This document shows, in pieces, positions 42,016 through 55,859 of a DNA stretch of 64,000 nt. A program made the translations under genes and the position numbers. This stretch comes from Lama glama. Taxonomy: Eukaryota. Position 1 is the stretch's first letter. Every line of letters starts with the position of its first letter. The stretch spans positions 18,912,001 through 18,976,000 of the forward strand of contig CM052818.1 of assembly GCA_028534125.1 (NCBI GenBank), in the 5' to 3' direction. The notes under the pieces are model-generated. The model was not told where the DNA came from, searched no databases, and worked only from the letters and a program-made list of their open reading frames with translations.

Positions 42016-42740
42016 TGCATATCTTGTTGGTTCTGTTTCTTTAGAGAACCCTTACTAATACACTCAAGGAAAAGAGAGTGAAGCAATATTGAAGAGATAA
42101 TGCCTGAGAATTTTACAGCACTGACAAAAGACATGAATGCACAGATTCAAGAGTATTAATAAACCCCCAAGCATGATAAATACAAAGAAATGTGTAACTA
42201 GACACAACATAGTGAAGCTGAAGAGCACCACATGCAAGATAAAATCATAAAGGCTCCATGTGAGACACATTAACTTCAAAGGCATGGCAGTGAGACTGAC
42301 AGCATGGTCTCAACAGTAACATTGGAAATCAGAAGATAATGGAATGACATCCTCATACGCTGAAAGAAAATAATTGCAACCTAGAATATTATGCCCAGAA
42401 AAAAATACCTTTCAAGAATGATGAAGAAATAAAGATATTTTTAGACAAACAGAAAGTGAAGGAAAAATTGAAAAAATAAAATCATCAAACAGTGAAACTA
42501 TCAGAGGGCCTTATTAAAGGAAATTCTAAAAGATTTGTTTCAGAGAGAAAGAAAGTGATCCTTTCTTCCGTATAGCAAGAGACTCCATATAGATAGATGC
42601 CTGAAGTGGGTGTGAGATGCAAGAAAAATGGAAAGCAATAGAAGTGATAAGTAGGTAAATATAAACAAACATTGACTGCATAAAACAGTAATGATGACAT
42701 ATAGGATTCAAAACAAGAAGACTATAAAGAAACAAAAACA
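40480..42740 (+). mobile_element. Old L1M 5' region/ORF1 remnant
   Basis: A-rich; gaagagataatgcctgagaattttacagcactgacaaaagacatgaatgcacagattcaaga resembles ORF1p EEIMAENFP.L.KD.N.QIQE; caacctagaatattatgcccag resembles QPRILYP. Confidence 0.8.
41597..42062 (+). mobile_element. MLT2B-like ERVL solo LTR nested in L1, with internal (CA)n
   Basis: tgtgatggtcagttttatgtg...ttggttctgtttctttagagaacccttactaataca; flanks cacaa/ctcaa (near 5-bp TSD); (CA)n at ~41958-42014. Confidence 0.9.
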
Positions 42741-42749
42741 AAGTATCTT

Positions 42750-44560
42750 CCCTCTCCAAGGTTTATAAAGACATATGCTGCTTATATCTTCTTCTAAAAT
42801 GCTTTCTGTTTTTCCTTTCATATTTACATATTTAATCAGCCTGGAATTTGTGTGTGGGTGTGTTTGTGTGTGTAAGGTGTGGCATAGATGTCTCTATTTG
42901 TCAGCTTTGCTACAGTAACAAAAAACCCACCCCTCAAACTTCTAGTGGCTTGCACCAACATACATTATTTCTTGCTCATATGAATGTCAGCAACTGTAGA
43001 TTTGCTGCTTTAACTCTACCCCCAGGTGTCTTCTCACGCCAAGTCCCACATGCCTTCTCATTCTGGGACCCAGGATGAAAGAATAGCCCCTTTATAGGAC
43101 ATACCATTCTTGTAGCAAAAGGAAGGAGCAAGACCCTGCCACACTTAATCTATACAGATGTGGCACATGCAAGTGTTTAAACCAGACTCAGTGAGATTGG
43201 AACTATATTCCTCCCATAGGAAGGCACTACAAATCATATGGCAATGGGTAGGACTATATAATCCTCTAACAGGAAAGGATTCAAAATATAATTTACAAAG
43301 TTCCTCATTCAGTTTTTTTCCCCCATATTATGCCCAAGTGTCTCCCTATGATGTACTGAAAAATCCTTCTTTTCCCAAGGATTGCAAAACCAGCTTTGTT
43401 CAAAAACCAAGATTCCACATATGTGTGGGTCTGTTTCTGTTGCTCTCATTTTCTTCAATTTCTTTCTCCCTGTTCCCAAACCAGATTATCTTATTACTGT
43501 AGTTTTATAGTTAAATCCTCATAGCCGGTAAATCAAGTCTACCCTCTTTGTTCAGGAGTACCTTGGTTATTTCTGGATCTTTGCCCTTCCATATACACTT
43601 GTTGATTTCTGTAAAAGCCTGTTAGGATCTTGAATTAGTTTACATTACATCTATAGATCAAATTAGAAAGAGTTTACATCTTTACAATATGAATCTACTA
43701 ATTCATTAACATGGCCATCTCAATCTTCTTTAACAGTAATGTTTTATAAATTCCTGGGTAGAGGTCGCCATGTCTTCTTAGATTTACTACTAAGTGTTAA
43801 CACATTTGATGCTTTTGTAAACGATATACTTCCTTTAATTTTGTTTTTATTACTGCTTTTATGGCTTTATTCATTAATTTTAAATTTATGTTTTAGATCT
43901 CTGAATTTTTTTTTGATGTAAAAAATGAATAGTCATTTTAGCTTAACATTTTTGGATATATTAAGCCATCTGTGTCAAGAGTACATCTTATTAAGAGTAC
44001 ATCTTCTCCCCTTTGAATGCCATCTTTATGATACCCTAAATTTCCATAAATGCATAAGTTTTTTTCCCTATTCAGTTTCATATTTTTGCTTATGCACCAA
44101 TGATCTATAGTTATATGTTATTTTCCAGGCTCTGTCCATTTCTTTGCTGGTTTATAGGTTTTTTCTTTCTTATCCTTCTTTATTTTTTACCAGCTTCACT
44201 ATATTTTTGACTCTTATTGCTAACACATAGACATGTAATTGGTTTTTATATATAGATGCATTTAACAACCTTGCTAAATTCTTTTATTAATTCTAATAAT
44301 ACATTAGGGTGGGTTTTTTTGGGGGGTGTTTTCTTTGCTATACAACAGTATTGTCTCTGAGTATTTTCAGGTTTCTTTTTCTTTTTTTCAACTCATATAT
44401 TTTTCTTCTTTGTTTTCTTACTGTATAGGCTAGGACCTCCAGTACCATGCTTAATCAATGTAATGATAAGGTGTATCTTTATTTAATTCATAATCTGAAA
44501 GCAAATAGTTTTAGTGTCTCAAAATTAAGCATCATGTTTGTTGGAAGGATTTTTTTGGAT
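42750..44560 (-). mobile_element. Old L1M ORF2 fragments with an embedded MaLR LTR (~42900-43280)
   Basis: Degenerate antisense L1 motifs such as ggctaggacctccagtaccatgcttaat and tacatctatagatcaaattag. Confidence 0.65.
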
Positions 44561-45469
44561 ATCTTTGTTAGTATCTTTGATAGTATTTTCCAAACATGGC
44601 TGCAACAGTATATCCAATTCCTCATGTTCTTCTAGGACTTAGCCACACCCCCATGGAGAGATGGAGTCTGTATGCCCTCTCCTTGAACAGAAGCAGCGAG
44701 GGTTTTGTGACTGAATTGACGAATAGAGTACAATGAATGTGAAGCTCTGTAGCTCTATAGACTTCGAAGCCTAGGTCCTAAAAGATGCATAACTTCTGAC
44801 TAGTTCCTCTTCCTGGGGCATGTGCCATTGGTGCCCTGAATTTCTATGTACAAAGTCCAGATACCTTGAAGCCACCCTGCTAGAAAGATCATGTAGAGAT
44901 AACAAATTGAGTTAGAGGTACCCAAGGAGCTATTTCAGACTCCAGATGTTCAGGCTTTCCCAGTGAAAAATATTTCATGCTCACTTCATTTGGTTGTTGC
45001 ATACAATTTATATTAATCTCGCTTAGGCTCAAAGTTCTAAAAAAATGTTTAGAAAATTGAATCAAGTAATGTATAAAGAAGACCAAAGAAAAATAAAATC
45101 ATGTGAAGGAAAACAAACACGTTATTTGGTGAGTGCCTAGGCTAGGAGGACTCAATACACCGGGTGTTGGAATAGGTGAAGTGCTTCAGGCATCTCTGTC
45201 TAAATAGGGTCTCTCCATATGGTTTGTGTATTTTTATTATCTATTATTGTGTAACATCACCCCAAAATTTACTGACCTAAAACAACAAAATTTATTTATT
45301 ATTCTCATGCACTCTGTAGGTCAAGGAATTCAGGAACATCTCAGCTGAGTGATTGTGGGGGTCTCATAAGGTTGCAGACAGATGGCTAGGGCTGGGATCA
45401 TCTTTAAGCATTCTTCATTCACCAGTTTGGTGCCTACCTGGGAAAGTGAGCATTATTTTAAGCCTAGAG

Positions 45470-46077
45470 TGAACAAGAGTCCTTTTGTTTTAGAGGTCCT
45501 CAAGACTACCTTCAGGTTTGATGATTCCCTAGAACGACTCATGGAATACAGAAAAACAGTTACACTCATGGTTACAGTTCATTACAGAAAAATGATACAG
45601 ATTAAAATTAACAAAGTGAAAGGCAGGCACTAGAGCAGTGTCCAGGAGAGACTAGTGTAAGAGTCTAGTTATCCTCTCTCAGTGGATTTGTACAGACAGT
45701 GCTTAATTCTCCCAGAAACAATGAGTGACAACATGCATGAAGTATTGCCTCCCAGGGAAACTTGCCTGAGCTTTGGTGTCCAGGGTTTATATTAGGATTT
45801 TGTTACACAGGCCCAGAATGCCTGAATGACTAAATTCAGTGTCCAGTCCCTCCTGAAGTCAAACTTATATGGCATGGACCAAGGCCTTCACCATAAATCA
45901 CATTGTTAGCATAGACTGTTGGGTGTGGCCCATGACCCCTGGTTATACAAAGACACTTTTATCAGGCAGGATATTCAAGGGCTTAGAGTTATCTCCCAAG
46001 AGCTGGTCAAGGAACAGCCCTTTCTTTAGAATGTGCAGGGTTTGGGCACCCCAAGCCTGCTGAGTTAACCCTGCACA
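45470..46077 (-). mobile_element. MER21-like LTR
   Basis: gtcctcaagactaccttcaggtttgatgattccctaga...gaatgtgcagggtttgggcaccccaagcctgctgagttaaccc. Confidence 0.8.
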
Positions 46078-48747
46078 GCACACTTTAGACAGAATTTGTT
46101 TTGCCAGACTCCTGAGTCACCTCTAATTTAGAACCCATGGTTTGGGGCTTTTGGGATTACATCAGTCATGTGATTTTGGGTTTAAGTCTCCTTAAGGTGT
46201 GACTTTGGATTATAACTATCAGTGATGATAATTCCCCTCCTGTTCTGCTCAGTGCCAATGAAGCATTCCTTGGAGTCATGTGTGTGTATGTGTGTGTTAG
46301 GGTCATGTATTTATTTTTCTCCTTACGGTGAGGGCATAACCTTACAATGAGGGATTGCAGATGTAATGGCCTGATTCTCCTATTAGATTTATCAATTTTA
46401 GAGGCCTCTAGATTTTTGTCTTCTGCCCTCAAGCTTCAACAAGCTATAAATACCAACCGAAGCTCAAGTTTGCAAAAGTCCTTAAGGCAAATATGACTCC
46501 AGTAGTCTTTGAGTCCTTTCTTTTACTAAGCTATTTGGTCTGCTTGTTCCTTGCTATTTTACATTCCTGTTGAATGTTTTTAAGAACAAGTTTTAAATAT
46601 ATATATTATTTTGTATTTTAGGTTTTTGTCTTTTCTTTTTTATTTCAGGGGAATTCAGGGGGCTAGAAAACACCTAGATATCCATACTACTGGAGTACAA
46701 GACCAGTTCATTTGTTTTCATTCTTTCTCTTATAAAATAGTAAAGATATTTCAGGCTATAAGATTTCCTTTGAATACAACTTCAGCTATTTCTCATAGAT
46801 TTTATTATAAATTTCTATCCTTTTGTTAATGTCTAAATAAACTGTAATCTAAGGTTTTATTTCCTCTTTTAGATATTTTAGAAAACATTCTTTAATTTTG
46901 AAGTGGTTGTTTCCATTTTGTTGTGTTTCTATATTCCTCCATTGATTTCTAGCTTCATTGAATTGTGGGCAGAGAATTTGGCCTGTAAAATCTTTGTGTT
47001 CTGGAATCTATTAAGATTTTCTTTGGGCCAAGTACATGATCAATTTTTATGGATATTCCATAAGCAATTGAAAAGATTGTGTTTTCTCTGTTTATAGAAA
47101 CTGTTATATAAACAGGGGTAACATTTATACTTAGAATGAATGTGCTTTTCTCTTTTATATTTCCATATGTGTGTTTTTCTCTCAGTCCCCAGAGTAATCT
47201 ATTGCCTTGGGTGGGAATTTGGACAGTTATAGCAAGGATAAAAAGAGAAAGTGGTGGTCTATGTTCAGCTTTTTGATCACCAAAAAAGGATTTTTTTATA
47301 ATCTAAAGTGAAACAATGTTCTTTATAAATCAGGCTTTGACCAAAGAGAAAAGGATTTTCTAAATTTCCTATGCTTCATTAGCACATCCAAACCCAGGCC
47401 TCAGGGATTTTCATGCTGTGTTTAAAGTAAACCTTGAGTAGATAGAGCTAAGTTTGTTAAGTCCTTGCTAGGAAATCACCTTTTCTGTCTTGATCTTGTT
47501 CTCTCTATTGGAAAGGAGGAAAGATCCACATCTTAACCATCTTTCTCCAGGCTGAAAACTCGGGTGCAGTGGTTTTGAGGGTAATACTGGTATTGGTGTT
47601 GGAGTAGAATGGCTCCAAGTAATAAGATGTCACAAAAGCTGGAATCAGAATGAACTTGTGCCCTCCACGTAGAACTCCTAGGAGTGTCTGCCACTCAGAC
47701 TGGCCTCCTCACTATCATGTGGAAAAGTGCCAGGCTGTGACAATATAAGCATAGTCCTGTGGTGAAGATGAGCAGAGAAAGAGAACAAGCTGGATCCTTG
47801 GTCTCTCTCACCATCTGTGTGATATGGAAGGGAGTCAGAATTTTCCATACGCCCCCCAGGGTGGATGGCTGGCTTCGAGAGTGAGGATTGAGCTGACCCC
47901 TCCACAGAGGCTGCAGGTGGACAGCCAAAGCTAGGGGTCTGATGCTGGCTTGATTGGAGGAGTGAGAACACAGTGACTGCTGAATCCCAAGTAGGGCCAC
48001 TAAAGGCCTGCCAGGATCCAGAGAAGGATAATGAGGTTACCAGCCACAGACTTAAGCAGTGGATTCCACCTAACCAGATGGACCAGGGACATTGTTACAG
48101 AAGTCCAGTGACTCTGAAGACAACACCAGGTCCTGCCCACACAGATCCAAGACCTCCTCTGCTGTATAACAGACAACTTCTTGGGAGTGATAGGGAGTAG
48201 AAAAGAAGTCTAAAACGTGCGTGTATACCCAAAAGAGACAAAAGAATCCCAGAGAGATTGAGATACCATTAATTAGCAAAGGTAAATCTTACTCCTTTTA
48301 GTGCCCAGTCAGGAAGAGCTTGTTAGGATGATTAGAACATTATAGGAAATTAAGGATCTACAAGGTTTTTTACATATCCAAGTAGCTGTGGGTGCCAGTG
48401 TGTGACTTCTTTAGCAACCTGTCTGTTGGTCTCACGTCAAATGTGTTACTTGTCTTATTGAAATTCCATTCATCCCTTATCTACTGCTTGTCAATTTGAG
48501 CTCCCAAGTTCTTAAAGAGGAATATTACCCCCTCCCCATTTGATAGTATTTCATCAACTTCTTTATTTTCTGAGCAATTTTGCCATAACTGTTTTGCTGT
48601 GTTGATGTTTGATAACAAAAATATGTTATATTTTCTTTGATGAATTCTATTATTTATCCTCATAAATTGTTCATTCTGTCACAGTAAATGCTTTTGACTT
48701 TGAAATCTATATTTTCAGATGATAAATTAGGTATTTCTGCTTACTTT

Positions 48748-49226
48748 GTGTATTATTTCGTAGGGCCGCCCAAACCCCAAAAACCTGGTGGCTTAAAACC
48801 GCAGAAATTTATTGTCTAACAGTTCTGGAGGCTAGAAGCTGAAATCAAGGTGTCAGCAGGGCAGTGCTCTTTCTGATATTTCTAGGGAAGGATCCTTATG
48901 TACCTCTTCTGGTGTTTGTTGGCAATCCCGGGCACTCCTTGGCTTGTAGATGCATCAGTCTAATCATGTGGCCATCTTCTTCCTGTGTGTCTTCACACTG
49001 TCTTCCCTCTGTGCAGGTCTGCATTTGTGTCCAAATTTTACCTTTTTAAAAGGACGCCAGTCACACTGGATTAGGGCCCCCTGATGCCTTCATTTTAATT
49101 TGATTACCTCTGGAATAAACAAATACCCTATTTCCAAATAAGGTTACATTCTACCTAATGAAGTACATTCTGAGGGTTAGGACTTCAACATATCTTTTTG
49201 GGGGGTCAGGATACAAGCCATAACAC
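48748..49226 (-). mobile_element. MaLR solo LTR (MLT1B/C-like)
   Basis: ggtggcttaaaaccgcagaaatttattgtctaacagttctggaggctagaag...gggttaggacttcaacatatcttttt...ccataaca. Confidence 0.88.
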
Positions 49227-50968
49227 TTCATTTCTGTTTGCATAGTCTATTTGGCTCTTTCCTTTATTTTCAACCTTGATCATTTTGTTCCTGGCACATT
49301 GTTTTTAGACAGAAAATATTTAAGAGTCTTTATTTTTATAGGGAATTCAATTCATTTATATGAGTTTTAATACCTTCATCTTAATTTACAGCTACTAAGA
49401 TATTTTATTGTGGTTTCTCTTTTTTCCCTTTCTTTTATTTTGCTGGGTTGATCAACTGGTAGCTATGCTTCCCACCACTGAGATGAAACTATTTGAATAC
49501 TTTTAGTTTTTTACTTTTTATTCTCTCCCTCCCCTTCCCCTATTTTGAGATCTTTGTTCTGAATTCAACTTTCATTTCACTGGAGTACTTCCCAAGCAAT
49601 TTCTATTGCATATGTCTGTATATTTTCTATGCCACTGTATGTCTGAAAAAGTTTGTTGTTGCTTTCATATAAAATGATAACTTGGCTCAGAATAGGAATC
49701 TTGACTTGTGGTCCTTTTCTTTCAAATGTCCATATATGTTGTTTCACTGTATATAGAGTTAAGTAATGTAGCTGAGAATCTGAACCTGGCCTGGTTATCT
49801 TTTCATTTAGGCAACCACATCTCTGTCTGAAAGTTTGCTAAGCTTTCCTTTTTATCCCTGGAGTTTGGAAATTTCACTAGGATGTGGTCAGACTTGTTTC
49901 TTTTATCCTGAATTGTGCCTGCCACTTTGTGAGCCTTTTCAATCTGAAAACTTGTGTTAGTTTAGGAAAAATTTTTTCTCTATTTCTTTCTTCATAATTG
50001 TATCTTCTCCATCTGTTTTTTTTGTTTTGTTCTGTTTGTTTTTAATCTGGAACTTTTACGATTCCCCTTTTAAGACTTTTGGATATGGCTTCCATGGATC
50101 ACCTTTTTACTACTAATTTCCCTTTTTTTGGGTCATTTTGCTTAGGGATGTGAGATACTGTCTCTATTAATATGTTCCTATGGTGTCTCTATTAATAAGT
50201 GTAGATCCTTCAGCATTGTCCATTTTCTTTTTCACATCACCTGAATTTGGGGGTAACTTTTTATTTTGACGTGATTTTTAAAGTACAGGAAAGTTGCAAG
50301 AATAGTATAAGATATTCCTTTATTAATTTTTTACATCTTGCCACATTTTCTGTGAAATTTTTTAATGGGGAATCATATTTTTAATTTCCATTATTTATAG
50401 GTAGGTTATAGTATTTGTTGCTATCATGAATGGAAGTTTTCCATTACGTTTTCTTGTTGGTCATTTTTGGCATATGTGAAATTTGATGGGGGGATAGGTA
50501 TCTAGTAACTTGACATTTTACTAAACTTTCCTGTTAATCCTAGGTTTTTCAGTTAATTCACTTGTATTTTCTCAAAAGATGATCATATCAACTGCAAATA
50601 ATGACAATTCTACATTTTTCTTTTTTATAATGAACTTCCTATTTCTTTTTCTTATATTATTATTTTGACAAGGGCCTTCAGAATAATGTTGAATAACATC
50701 TGTGATCTTCCTGGTCTTGTTCCTAATCTTAATGGGCTTTCCTAAGAAATTGAGGAACGTCACTTGTAGTTCACCAAAAAGCATGATATTTGCTATTTGT
50801 TTTTGAAAAATGTCCTTTCACAAGGAAAGTTCCATGTGGTTCTAGTTTAAGCATTTTGCTTAATAATAGATGTTAAATTTTATCAAATCTCTTTTCTGTA
50901 CTCATATAAGGAGTATAGTTTTTCTAATGTAATTTATTAATATAGTGAATTACAGTAATAAATTTTCC

Positions 50969-51913
50969 ATTTTTTAAAATTGATGTGTAGTTGATGTACA
51001 ATATTGTATAAGTTTCAGGTGTACAACATAGTGATTCATAATTTTTAAAGGTTATACTTCATTTATAGTTATTATAAAATATTGGCTATATTCCCTGTGC
51101 TGTTCAATATATCCTTGTAGCTTATTTATTTTATACATAGTAATTTGTACCTCTTAGTCTCTTACCTCTCTCTTGTCCCTTCCCTCTCCCCACTGGTAAC
51201 CACTAGTTTGTTCTCTATTTGTTATATTCACTAGTTTGTTGTATTTTTTTAGATTCCACAGCTAAAAAAGTGATATCAGATGGTATTTGTCTTTCTCTGT
51301 CTGACTTATTTCACTTAGCATAATAGCCTCCAAGTCCATACATGTTGTTGTAGATGGCAAAATTTCGTTCTTTCTTATGGCTGAGTAGCATTCCTTCTTT
51401 ATCCATTCGTCTGTTGATGGACACTTAGATTGTGTCCATATCTTGGTAATTGTAAATAATGCTGTTATGAACATTGGGATACATGCATCTTTTCAAATTA
51501 TTGGGGTTTTGTTTGTTTGTTTTTTGGATATATACCCAGGAGTGGGATTGCTGGGTCATATGGTAGTCCCATTTTTGTTTTTTTTTTAGAAACCTCCATA
51601 CTGTTTTCCACAGTGGCTGCACCAGTTTATATTTCCACCAGCTGTGTTCAGAGGGGTTTTTTTCCCTTTTCCCCACGTCCTTGCTAATACTTGCTATTTG
51701 TTGTCTTTTTGATGATAGCCGTTTTGACAGGTGTGGGGTAATATCTCATTGTGATTTGCATTTTCCTGATGATGAACAATGTTGAGCATTTTTCATATGC
51801 CTCTTTTTCATGAGCATCTTTTCTTTGGCCATCTGTATAACTTCTTTGGAAAATGTCTTTTCAGGTCTTCTGCCCATTTTTTAATTGGGTTCTTTGTTGT
51901 TTTGATGTTGAGT
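50969..51913 (-). mobile_element. Younger L1 3' end (ORF2 C-terminus and 3'UTR) inserted in an older L1
   Basis: Track ORFs 51262-51474 and 51425-51676 give L1 ORF2p C-terminal peptides (KLVQPLWKTVWRFLKK; MFITALFTI.K.W.Q.KCPSTDEWIKK); flanks ataaattttcc / ataaatttcc look like a TSD. Confidence 0.93.
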
Positions 51914-53364
51914 TATAAATTTCCTAATTTTTAGCCATCTTTACATTCTGGAAATAATGCTAATTGCTCAATACATATTCATCTTTTTAACATACTATTA
52001 TTGCATTTAATTTGCTGTAATAAATTTAGATTTTTCTATATATATCTTATGTAATATTGAGCTATGTTCTACTTTTTTCTCCCAATATCCTGGTTTTTGT
52101 GTCACTGTTATGAAAACTTCCCATCTTTTACTGTGCCCTTAAACAAATTTTAAATAAAATAAGAATCTAAGATGATAAAGTTTTGAGTCATTAATAAACC
52201 TCTTGAAGGCTAAGTCTAGAAAGTTAAATGAAAAGTAATGATGATAAAAGACTTACATTTCCTTTACTATTCTCACTTTGTTAGAACAGAATCTTTAAAC
52301 ATATCTGCTGATTTTAAGACATCAGTTACTCAGGGCCTCATTGAAACCCTCATTGAAACACTATCATTTTGGTAGTGTCAAAACCTTAGATTTGCAGAGT
52401 ACTTAAAGTTTTTAGCTTATGAAGTCAAATAGTACTAAAAGTAATATAATAAAGAAAACACCAGTAGCTGTCCTCACTGCCCCCCACCTTCTCACCTCCC
52501 AAAGGCATCCACTTGATGTTTCTTTGGTCATTTATCACCGTATTTCCAAGTAATAGATACTGCTCTCTCTGATTTTGTCAAATTTATATACAATCCATTG
52601 TTTTCCTGTTTTGGTAGCTGAAGATTTTAACTTTCAAATACTTTCTACTCTTTTCCCCATTCTCTCAAAATAGTTATATCTTTTTTCTTAAATTTCCTAC
52701 TCATTTTTATGTTAAATAAATCTTGCACACTGCTGAGCCGAGTGGCATACTCATATTACATTTCTTTTGTTGTAAGATACTTTGATTTTCTTGTCATTAT
52801 TCATTGCCTCATCTTTTCATTTGCTTCATTTTCCCTGAACCTACTGCTAGGTCTTCCAGGGTTCCCCAGTAGCTCTGTAGAGTGTCTCTCAGTACGATTT
52901 CCCAAACAGTCACACTTGGTATATAATTTCCTTTTCATGTTCCTCCTGCAATCTGCTCTCGTGGTCTCCTGGCCCACAGCTCAGCTCTCAGCCTGGGAAT
53001 CCCCGTACTGCTTTCCTGCACAGGGTGTCCTGCTTCATGTTTTCATGTCTTCTTTCTTGATTTAGTCCCTCTTTTCAATGAAACGTGTACCAGCAGCTTC
53101 CTGAGGAAGACCACTTGAGAGTGAAAAGTTTTGAGACTTTGCATGTCTGAAAATATCTTTATCATGTCCTCATGCTCAGTTTGCCAGGCTCGACATTCTA
53201 AGTGAAAATTAATTTTGTGGGCATCACTCCTTTTTATTCTGGCTTCCAATGTTACCACTGATATAATCACCATCATTACTTTCTTATTCCCAATGTGTTA
53301 TGTGTGTATTTGCTTTTCCTCTTTAAACTTTTAGGATATTTTTGTTGTCTCTGGTAAGAATGAG

Positions 53365-53700
53365 TAATATCATAAAGAACTACTGTGTGTTCCAAGACTA
53401 TTGCCCACTTTGTCTGTGATCCAGCCATTTGATCCTCAAACAACTATATGAGGTTGCTGGGGCGGAGTGGGGTGGTTTTCAGATTTCTTTTTTAAATTGA
53501 AGTATAGTTGACTTACAATGTTGTGTTAACTTCTTGTGTACTATGAGGTTGTTGATACTATAATTATTCCCCCTTGACATAAGTAGAAACCATGATGCAG
53601 AGAGTTTAGGTGATTTTCCCAAGGACACACAGCTAGTAGTTGATGCACCCAGGATTTATATACAGGTCAACTCTACAGTCCATGCTCTCAACCAGTATTC
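53365..53700 (-). mobile_element. MIR interrupted by a short L1 3' end
   Basis: catttgatcctcaaacaactatatgagg...gcagagagtttaggtgattttcccaaggacacacagctagta. Confidence 0.8.
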
Positions 53701-54379
53701 TTAGCTTCTCCAAGATGGTAAAAGTAACCAAAGGAATGTTTGATTAATGTAGAGTTTCAGGCACTAGGTTCAAATGGTAGGGATTAACACCACATACAGT
53801 TTGGGTTCTTCACCTATGCACAAGGTCAACACTAATTATGAGGCAGGTTCTCTCTGGGCTACAGGGCCTTGGATATTTTCTAACAGAAACCAGCCAGGAG
53901 TGCTTTTAACAGCCATCAGGCAGGGAGTTCTCCAAGGCAGAATGTGTATAATTTTCAGCACAGTCTTGTGCCACTTACAGCCAAGGAGGAGCCTTGCAGA
54001 GGGTGAGTCATGTTCTGTAAGGCTGACCCAGCACCACTCTTCTCAGTAGCAAGCACTCCTCTTTGTAACATCTCGGAGTGTCTTGTACCCAGAAGCTGCT
54101 AAATGCTCATGCTTTTATCTTTTATATGTACTGCAGTCATTAGTGACGTTCCTCTTCTTACCTCCTAGAATACTGCTATAGATGCCAATCATTGGCACAT
54201 GATCATCTGTTGTGTGATATTCTTTGTATTTTCTATTAACTTTTCACAGTTTTATGTATTCCCAGCTATACTGTGGGCAGAACTATCTTATATATGTTCT
54301 AACCCTTTATGGTGACAAAGAGATGACATATACGTGAAAATGTATACATACACATGTGTGTGTCTATACATGCTGTTTA

Positions 54380-55330
54380 AAGGCTTTTTATCATAAAGGT
54401 AATATATCTTCATGTTAAAAAAATTAAAACAGTGCAAGAGTGGAAAGTAAAAGTTAAATTTTCTCAATGCTTGTAAGTCTCCCAACCCAATCCTTTCATT
54501 GTCTGCTTTCCCATTGTCTATTTCCACTCCATAGAAACAACAGTGATCACTTATGTGACTCTTTCCAGAAATTTTCTATATATATAATAACATATACATA
54601 TTTTAACATAAATGAGATCATCTTACGCATATAGTTCTGAAACTTGGCAATTTGTAGCTGCAAATTCTCCCCTTTTTAAACAGCTGTGTTGGATGACTGG
54701 AGGAATTTTATTAACCAGTCATCTATTGATGGCCATTTAAGTCCTGTCTAGGTTGGGACTTTTTATTGTTTGTTTTGGTTTGCTATTGCAATCAGTGTCA
54801 CAATGAACATACTTGTAAAAACATCTCTAATCACTTATGTAATTATATTTATAAATAAATTCTTTGAAGTGGACCTCTGGGTCAAAGAGTACATGCATTT
54901 AAAATTGTGATAATTACATCTACATTTACTTCCATGAAAGTTTTGCCAAATTATACTACTATAAATAGGGTCTGAAAAGGTATGTTCTTCTCCATCATAT
55001 CCATTGTCAAAACATGGAGCTTTTCAATATTCCCTCATCTAAAATGGAGGAAAATTAGCATCTCTTTGTTATTTTCATTTCTCTAATATTGAATAAAATT
55101 GAGCAGATATTTTTTCAGATATTTATTGGCTATTGGTTTCTCTTTTACAATGAACTGATTTTCATATCCTCTGATATTTTCTGGTGGTTTGTGCATTGGT
55201 TCGGCTTTCTGTTTAATTTAAAAGAGGTTGTTTGGTTTGCTAATTTATTTTTTGGCATATTGGTGAAATTAGTCCATTACCTGTTATGTGTGTTGCCAGT
55301 ATTTTCCCTAGTTTGTTGTCTAAATATCAA
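54380..55330 (-). mobile_element. Old L1ME-like 3' fragment
   Basis: ttaaccagtcatctattgatggccatttaag...gaagtggacctctgggtcaaagagtacatgcattt. Confidence 0.7.
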
Positions 55331-55845
55331 CCCAGTTTTTTGTCTGTAACTTTGTTACTTTTGGAGTATATATGGACATGGAGATGTGTATGAGTTAGGC
55401 AGCTGAAAAGAGTAGAGTATTGTTTAAACCCTGGAAGCACACAGAAGTGAAGGGATTAAGGAGCAGGAAAAGAAACAAGGGAACTTTCCCAGCTCTGTTG
55501 CTCATGTGCATTTTCTCCTTTCACAAGAGTCATAAGCCTTATGACTTTGTAAACAGCTAGGAAGCAACCATTACCTAAACCTGAGACTCCCATTTACATA
55601 CTTTTTAGAAAAAAAAAGATAATAAAAATAATTTTTAAAAGTATATTGGTAGATAAAAGGTAGTTTTCTTCTTAAAAAACAAACAAACACGAGAGAATAA
55701 GGGATAGCCAGGATTGGATGACAAATTAATATCCAACTGGCCCATGCCAACTCTTCCAGCCAGCTTAATTCTCATCAGCCACTATAATTTATTAACAGTG
55801 AGGTGAGAAAAGACATGAATCAGCTTAATGTGATATAAGTAGGGC

Positions 55846-55859
55846 GTTACCATAGCAAC
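55846..55859. promoter_or_regulatory. RFX X-box motif
   Basis: GTTACCATAGCAAC matches the RFX consensus GTTRCCATRGYAAC; lies in apparently unique sequence. Confidence 0.55.

Noticed and set aside
51262..51676. ORFs with protein-like sequence
   Set aside because: Frameshifted L1 ORF2p C-terminus, not a host gene.
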